Shown here: positions 16,961 through 22,530 of the stretch, piece by piece
Position numbering within the stretch: the first letter of the stretch is position 1
How the letters are laid out: the number at the start of each line of letters is the position of its first letter
NCBI GenBank assembly: GCA_048941015.1
Contig: JBHLNZ010000050.1
Coordinates: 1 to 22,530, forward strand
Length of the DNA stretch: 22,530 nucleotides
Direction of reading: 5' to 3'
Source: Promethearchaeota archaeon
GTDB lineage: Archaea; Asgardarchaeota; Lokiarchaeia; Sigyniarchaeales; SOKP01
Position numbers and translations under genes: made by a program
Notes under the pieces: model-generated
The model's database searches: none
Seen by the model: only the letters and a program-made list of their open reading frames with translations
What the model was told of the DNA's origin: nothing

Positions 16961-18286
16961 TTATTTAAAATTAGGTAAGTATTTTTTCTGTACTTCCATC
17001 ATCTCATTGAATATTGCTTCAGCCATTTCAAAACTACCACAATTCACATCAATTGCTAAGCAATTAATTGCAAATTGTTTTGATTCTTGAAGTATAGCTT
17101 CAACACATAAATTTTGAATAGAAGCTTCTATACGCAATATCGCCGCAAGATTCTCAGGAATATTACCTAATTTAATCCCATGAACTCCATCCTTATTTAC
17201 TATACCAGAACATTCAATTATTAAATCTTGAGGGAGATTTTCAATAATCTCATCATTTGGAATATTAACAGCAATCTCATATGAATTGCTATCTTCAATT
17301 ATTGCCTCTATAATAGGGATTGCTCTTTCTCCTGATGGACCTCCCATCAGCATACCTTTTTTAGGGTATTTACCTTTCTTTAGACGATTATAATATCTCG
17401 TTAATCGATCAATGCCTCCTTTATTCTCTTGTTCCATTCTTGTAATCCAATCTGTTAAATCTTGTTCTTTGGTGTATTGAGAACCAATCTGCAAATATTC
17501 ACAAATATGATTATCACCGACATAAGGAAACCATCCGAACCTTTGATAAAGCTCAAATGTGAGATCAGCAAAATGAAATCTATCCCACTTATCCTTAAAA
17601 TAATCCATACACTTTGAATTAAATTCAGGTAATAAATCAGCGCCAGATTTTAAATCTTCTAATCCCAGTAAAAAAGCAAAGTGATTTAACCCTCCCGTGG
17701 TTAACCGCATATCTTTTAGATCTCTATCCATCATAGCTGATAAGTGATGTGAAGTTAAAAGGCCTATTTGGTGACAGAGACCAAGCATTTTTAGCTTTGG
17801 AACCGCTCTTTTTAACGCTAAGCATATACGTGAGATGGGATTTGAATAATTTATAAAATACGCATTAGGACATATTCTTTCAACATCTTTAGCTATCTTC
17901 ACAATCTCAGGAATCTGTCTAGCACTGTGGAAGAATCCTCCAGCACCACCATTCTCTCCCATTCTTTCAGTAGTACCATGTCTTTTTGGAATTGTATTAT
18001 CCTGCCATCGTAATTCAAAACGATCTCCATGCTCAGTAGAATTAATAACAAAATTTGCTCCTTTTAGTGCTTTTTCCCTGTTAGGAGTGCTTTCAATATT
18101 ATATTTATTTCCAATTTTCTTGTTATCCTCAGATACTACTTCATAAACCATCTGTAACTTCTTTTCATCTATATCATGTAGTGTAATTGTAGAACCCGCT
18201 AAGGTTTTACTCAAGTTAAGATCTATAAACGTTGGAGGGCCAAACGCAGGACTACCTGCTCCAATTAGAACAATTTTAGTATCCAT
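16961..18286 (-). CDS. Glycoside hydrolase family 4
   Basis: KIVLIGAGS, GENGGAGG.FH..R, NYSNP, GLCH, GLNHF, GDNHICEY, VNIPN...I.NLP....IE. Confidence 0.92.
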   Translation of the reverse strand: MDTKIVLIGAGSPAFGPPTFIDLNLSKTLAGSTITLHDIDEKKLQMVYEVVSEDNKKIGNKYNIESTPNREKALKGANFVINSTEHGDRFELRWQDNTIPKRHGTTERMGENGGAGGFFHSARQIPEIVKIAKDVERICPNAYFINYSNPISRICLALKRAVPKLKMLGLCHQIGLLTSHHLSAMMDRDLKDMRLTTGGLNHFAFLLGLEDLKSGADLLPEFNSKCMDYFKDKWDRFHFADLTFELYQRFGWFPYVGDNHICEYLQIGSQYTKEQDLTDWITRMEQENKGGIDRLTRYYNRLKKGKYPKKGMLMGGPSGERAIPIIEAIIEDSNSYEIAVNIPNDEIIENLPQDLIIECSGIVNKDGVHGIKLGNIPENLAAILRIEASIQNLCVEAILQESKQFAINCLAIDVNCGSFEMAEAIFNEMMEVQKKYLPNFK

Positions 18287-18383
18287 TATTATCTTTAAAT
18301 GAGAAAAGAAAAATAAACTTCATTAGATAGAACAGAAGTGTAATTAAAAATATTTTTTTGAAGAAAGTTTTATAAAATAGATT

Positions 18384-19271
18384 TTAAGTTAATGAACTTC
18401 TATTGCAATTCGCAACTAAAGCTTTTATTATCTTCGGTATAATGTCATGAGGGAAACTATGTCCCATTCCATCTATAATAAATAATTCAGCATTAGGTAT
18501 AGTTGTTGCGATATCTTTACCTGCTTCTATAAGATTAAAAGGATCTTCACTTCCATGAATAACAATTGTAGGTGCTGATATTGCGGATATATAAGGCTTA
18601 ATATTACCAGGTACCGCTATTGCTGCCATTTGACGGGCAATTCCTTCAGGGTAATAACACCGATCATATTCTCTTGTTCTATACTCTCTTGATTGTTTCT
18701 CATCATAAGGGAATATACCATTAATTAAACTGTCCCGTTTAACCATCTCATCAATATATGCTTCGCGTTCGGATGGAACAGGAGCAAAAAATTGCATCAT
18801 AATTTCAGGTTTTGAAGGTGGAAGCTTGGGATTTCCTGTAGTGCTCATAATTACTGCTAGAGATTTTACGCGGGAAGGATATTTATATGCTATGATTTGT
18901 GCGATCATTCCACCCATAGAGGCGCCACAAATATGAGCTTTTTCAATGTTCAAAGCATCCAATAAACCAATAGCATCACCAGCCATATCTTCTAAAGTAT
19001 AGGGGATCTTTGGCACTTCTCCGCGAGAATAAGCAGCACTAATCTCCATCATATTTGGTATACCTGCATCTTTAAATTTTGTAGATAAACCCACATCTCG
19101 GTTATCGAAACTTATCACAAAGAAGTCATTTTCGGCTAGATATTCGCAAATTTCATCCGACCAAGCAAGGAGTTGACTTCCCAACCCAGCAATCAATAAT
19201 AATGGCTTTGAATTTGGATCCCCGATTGCTTCATATTCAATGATTACATTATTTACTTCAGCTTTCGGCAT
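18384..19271 (-). CDS. Alpha/beta fold hydrolase (LipG-like esterase/lipase)
   Basis: LLLIAGLGSQL..W, FDNRDVGLST, YTLEDMA.D, GASMGGMIAQ, HG.ED, GMGH. Confidence 0.92.
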   Translation of the reverse strand: MPKAEVNNVIIEYEAIGDPNSKPLLLIAGLGSQLLAWSDEICEYLAENDFFVISFDNRDVGLSTKFKDAGIPNMMEISAAYSRGEVPKIPYTLEDMAGDAIGLLDALNIEKAHICGASMGGMIAQIIAYKYPSRVKSLAVIMSTTGNPKLPPSKPEIMMQFFAPVPSEREAYIDEMVKRDSLINGIFPYDEKQSREYRTREYDRCYYPEGIARQMAAIAVPGNIKPYISAISAPTIVIHGSEDPFNLIEAGKDIATTIPNAELFIIDGMGHSFPHDIIPKIIKALVANCNRSSLT

Positions 19272-19292
19272 TTTCTAACAACTACTGATCCT

Positions 19293-19769
19293 CTATTGAT
19301 TGATTTTTTTACCAAATTTGATAGCATCTTTAGTTCCGATCCAAAATAATTTTCTGAATTTAGCTTGATCAATTACTTGAGCACCTGCTTCTTCAGCTTT
19401 TTCTTTCATATAATCAATTGTTTTTCCACCAGTGAAACGAGCTGTATTGAATACGATTACTTTTTTTCCTCTTAAATTTTTTGCTCGAGATAAGATTTCA
19501 TCATAAATTTTTGGAGGAAAATTCCCATATGTTGGCATACCAAACATAATTAAATCATATTCTAAAACATCTAGAATGTTAAGATTAGCATCTATCATAG
19601 AAAAATCTTTATTCTCGAATTTGTCTAGCATTTTTATCTTTTCTCTAAGCTTTCCAGTTAACTCTATTGGAAAGTAACTCACATCATAATTAGTAAGAGC
19701 ACTTGCGATAGATTCTGCTGTTTTTTTCGTTCGTCCTCCCATAGTAAAATAAATTATCAGGACTTTCAT
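19293..19769 (-). CDS. Flavodoxin family protein
   Basis: KVLIIYFTMGGRTKKTA (phosphate loop), YDLIMFGMPTYG, L.GKKVIVF.T. Confidence 0.85.
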   Translation of the reverse strand: MKVLIIYFTMGGRTKKTAESIASALTNYDVSYFPIELTGKLREKIKMLDKFENKDFSMIDANLNILDVLEYDLIMFGMPTYGNFPPKIYDEILSRAKNLRGKKVIVFNTARFTGGKTIDYMKEKAEEAGAQVIDQAKFRKLFWIGTKDAIKFGKKINQ

Positions 19770-19871
19770 AGTTTTAAAGTAATTCTACTTAATAAAAAAT
19801 CTTTTCTATTGGATCAGACATTGACTTATGATAAATAATTGTTGAACTTACTTACTTGAATAGCGAAAGGT

Positions 19872-21344
19872 TCAATCACAAGTGAGTTTCTTTGTAACTG
19901 GAGTGCAACCTAACGCGTCCTTGAAATTTCGCAAGTAATCCATATCAATCGGCTCTCTAGCATCTTTCCAAGCAAGCTCTAGTAGTTCTTTTGCTTTCTC
20001 AGGAGCCTTTGATATGATATTATTTGTCAAGTTAGGATCTTTTTCGACATCAAAAAGACATCCTTCTTCAATGTCCCAAATATAACCATTATACCAAAAA
20101 TGTCCATCGTAAACAACTACGGAACCGCCCCATGCTATTGAAACATGATCGTAATATTTTAATTCTTCATCGCGTACTATTTCCAATAGGTTCTTACCTT
20201 CCATATTTGTATCAGAAATACCACATACTTTACTTATTGTTGCAGGGATGTCATGATGATAACAGAATTTGTCACAAGTCTTACCACTTCCTTCTCCCTC
20301 TGGGAACCTGATCATCGCTACAAGATCAGCCACTTCACGTCCAAGAGGATTAGCTGCTTTTGCGATAAGGCCGTGTTCTCCTAGCATGTGACCATGATCA
20401 GAAACTACTACTATGATTGAATTATTCCATACATCGATTCTCTTGAGATAATCTATGAAATATCCAAACCAAGTGTCAACAAGTGATACTTCTGCTGCAT
20501 ACCTTGTTCTTAAATTTTTAAGTTCTCTTTCAGATATTAAACTCGCTGGTCCATATAATGAGTGGGCTATTTTTCTGCTTCCTTTTTCCCAATCAGGATC
20601 TTTTTCGTATAATCGGATATAATGAAGCGGTGGATACCAAGGTTCATGTGGATCAAAACATTCTACGGTCATAAATGCTTTACCTTTTAGAAGAACTTCA
20701 TAGTTCATATCCAACCATTCTCCAGCTGCGCGAAATACTTGGGCAGGAAACGTGTCAGCTTCAGAACGCCACCAATGCACATTTTGGAGGAAACGCCGCA
20801 TCATGTGTTGAGCGAATATTGTCCCTGCGATTATTCCATCCTCTTTAGCAGTGAGATAATCTTTAAGTACATCATCGGTTATCCGTGGTCCAGAAAGGAA
20901 TGCATCCTCCTCTTGCCCACGAATCCACTTCCATTGATGAAATCCTCGAGTAAAATTATAACCTGGTTTAAATTGATGATATACATCAGAAAATAATGCA
21001 GATACATATTTTTTACGATTAAATCTCTCTGCTAAAGTCTCCTGAGAATCTGAAATAGAACTCCAGCCAGGAGCCCCAAGAGCATCTGCAATAAAGTCTC
21101 CTCTCCCAGTCCTAGTCTCTCCCCTTTTATCATCATTAAAAGGAAACACCCGTTTTCCAGTATAAATAGCTTTCCGAGCCGGGAGTGTTGGTAATGATTC
21201 CGGATACATTCGTGTAAATCTTACGGATTCTTTTGCGAACAAATCTAAATTCGGCGTCTTTATCCATGGATTTCCATATGCTCCAACATGGTCCTGTCTT
21301 AGTGTATCGATTATAATTAATATCGCATTTACTATAATAACCAC
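19872..21344 (-). CDS. Sulfatase-like hydrolase (alkaline phosphatase superfamily) with Thr at the nucleophile position
   Basis: IIIDTLRQDH, KTPNLD.FA, PTLPARKAIYTG, FDPHEPW, RYAAEVSLVD.WFG, SDHG, LFDVEKDP. Exact start is uncertain. Confidence 0.9.
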   Translation of the reverse strand: MVIIVNAILIIIDTLRQDHVGAYGNPWIKTPNLDLFAKESVRFTRMYPESLPTLPARKAIYTGKRVFPFNDDKRGETRTGRGDFIADALGAPGWSSISDSQETLAERFNRKKYVSALFSDVYHQFKPGYNFTRGFHQWKWIRGQEEDAFLSGPRITDDVLKDYLTAKEDGIIAGTIFAQHMMRRFLQNVHWWRSEADTFPAQVFRAAGEWLDMNYEVLLKGKAFMTVECFDPHEPWYPPLHYIRLYEKDPDWEKGSRKIAHSLYGPASLISERELKNLRTRYAAEVSLVDTWFGYFIDYLKRIDVWNNSIIVVVSDHGHMLGEHGLIAKAANPLGREVADLVAMIRFPEGEGSGKTCDKFCYHHDIPATISKVCGISDTNMEGKNLLEIVRDEELKYYDHVSIAWGGSVVVYDGHFWYNGYIWDIEEGCLFDVEKDPNLTNNIISKAPEKAKELLELAWKDAREPIDMDYLRNFKDALGCTPVTKKLTCD

Positions 21345-21508
21345 CTAATTATTACTAAGTCAGCTACAAATGAAAAAACTTATACCTAAATTAATTTTGC
21401 GATTTAAATGAAGTTATAAAAAATTAAAATAAAAAATAGGTTTATTATTTTTAAAACATGTTTTAATCATCATATTATTAAAATTTAAAAATTTAGTAGT
21501 TATAAGAA

Positions 21509-21829
21509 ATGATAGCAAGAGTCTGGCATGGTTGGAGTTCGTTTGAAAATGCTAATATCTATGAAAACTTACTTATAAATGAAATATTTCCTTCCATTAA
21601 AAATAGAAACATAAAAGGCTATAAAAAAATAAGTCTTTTAAGACGTTCTCTGGAAAAAGAAATTGAATTTATCACAATCATGATATTTGATAATTTAGAT
21701 GCTGTAAAAGAGTTTGCGGGAGAAGAATATGAAAAATCCTATGTTCCTAAGAAAGCACAAAATGTTCTTTTAAGACACGATAAAACCTCGCAACATTACG
21801 AAATTGTTAATGAATTCAATTATGAATAG
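21509..21829 (+). CDS. Antibiotic biosynthesis monooxygenase-like dimeric alpha-beta barrel protein
   Basis: MIARVWHGW...NA..YE..L, EFITIM.FD.LDAVKEFAGE.YE..YVP, HYEI. Confidence 0.85.
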   Translation: MIARVWHGWSSFENANIYENLLINEIFPSIKNRNIKGYKKISLLRRSLEKEIEFITIMIFDNLDAVKEFAGEEYEKSYVPKKAQNVLLRHDKTSQHYEIVNEFNYE

Positions 21830-21937
21830 AATCTCTTTATTATAGTTTGATTTTAGTTTCTATTTTATTGGTTATATTTAGATTAGTTAGCTCAAAAAAA
21901 GAATAAAATTATTAAATGTATTAACTGATAATCCTTT

Positions 21938-22528
21938 CTAATTTATAAATTGAAGACTAAATTGTATAGCAGGTAGGATATGATAAGCGATTCCTAAAAT
22001 GTGCGGACTTAAATATGCTTTAGGATCTTCATAGAGTTCAAATTGATGAGGAATACCTAACTCATCTAAGGTTTTATGAATCCCTTCCGTCGCAATGGCT
22101 GAACCCATCTCATCCCTATGGTCAGAATTAATCAATAGATGAATTTCCTTTAGTGCATTTGGATGTTCTTTAATTAATTGATTTATATCATACTTTAACC
22201 AATTATTTAATGCTTCTTTATTCAAGCTTATTATTTTTCCTTTCTCATCTTGCTGAATGGATGGCAATAATGGATTATCTTTAGATAAAACCAAGTCAAA
22301 TGTATCAAGGATATCTGCCCATATTCTTTTTCCCCTTCTCTTAGCGACTTTTTCTCCAAAAAGTTCTTTTATAAGAGGCATTAATACTTCCCAGCCTATT
22401 AATTCTCTAATAATATTACCTGAACTTAATGCGGCAGCTGCAATAAACTTTTTGGGATGCAGAAGGCAGATTCTTAATGTCCCCGCACCTCCCATTGAAG
22501 CACCGATTAAAATTCTGTGATTTTTATC
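21938..22528 (-). CDS. Putative esterase, alpha/beta hydrolase (3' part; enters from right edge)
   Basis: Frame is open to the window edge: DKNHRILIGASMGGAG.LR..L.HP..F.AAAALS, DE, L..LGIPH.FELY, SPH. Confidence 0.85.
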   Translation of the reverse strand, partial: DKNHRILIGASMGGAGTLRICLLHPKKFIAAAALSSGNIIRELIGWEVLMPLIKELFGEKVAKRRGKRIWADILDTFDLVLSKDNPLLPSIQQDEKGKIISLNKEALNNWLKYDINQLIKEHPNALKEIHLLINSDHRDEMGSAIATEGIHKTLDELGIPHQFELYEDPKAYLSPHILGIAYHILPAIQFSLQFIN

Positions 22529-22530
22529 TG

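Noticed and set aside
6767-22520. Short antisense ORFs at 6767, 8547, 11115, 12908, 13376, 14365, 15109, 20739 and 22257
   Set aside because: All overlap better-supported genes on the opposite strand and show no recognisable motif.
1-22530. CRISPR array, tRNA/rRNA, IS element, defence system
   Set aside because: No periodic repeat-spacer pattern, structured GC-rich RNA gene, transposase or nuclease motif was seen by eye. The two unknown genes cannot be excluded without a profile search.

Overview
AT-rich prokaryotic window (roughly 30% GC by eye, not computed). TATA-like boxes, oligo-T tracts after genes, a tungsten-type AOR and a corrinoid/URO-D pair suggest an anaerobic archaeon, possibly Asgard (Lokiarchaeia-like); this is inference. 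Left to right: (1) a cupin / HxlR / cyclophilin-like block; (2) an RNase Z-like 3' remnant; (3) an RHH regulator divergent from a corrinoid protein and a URO-D/MtaA-fold methyltransferase, with a repeated operator and a chimeric remnant resembling a corrinoid activator; (4) two unknown genes, the first with a possible longin/uDENN-like C-terminal domain; (5) a ~16 kb catabolic region. That region holds two sulfatase-family genes (one Cys-type, one with Thr at the formylglycine position), a GPH/MFS transporter, AOR, two SDR-type enzymes, two GH4 glycosidases, three alpha/beta hydrolases, a flavodoxin and an ABM-like protein. Three gene remnants sit at module junctions. No rRNA, tRNA, CRISPR array or transposase was recognised.
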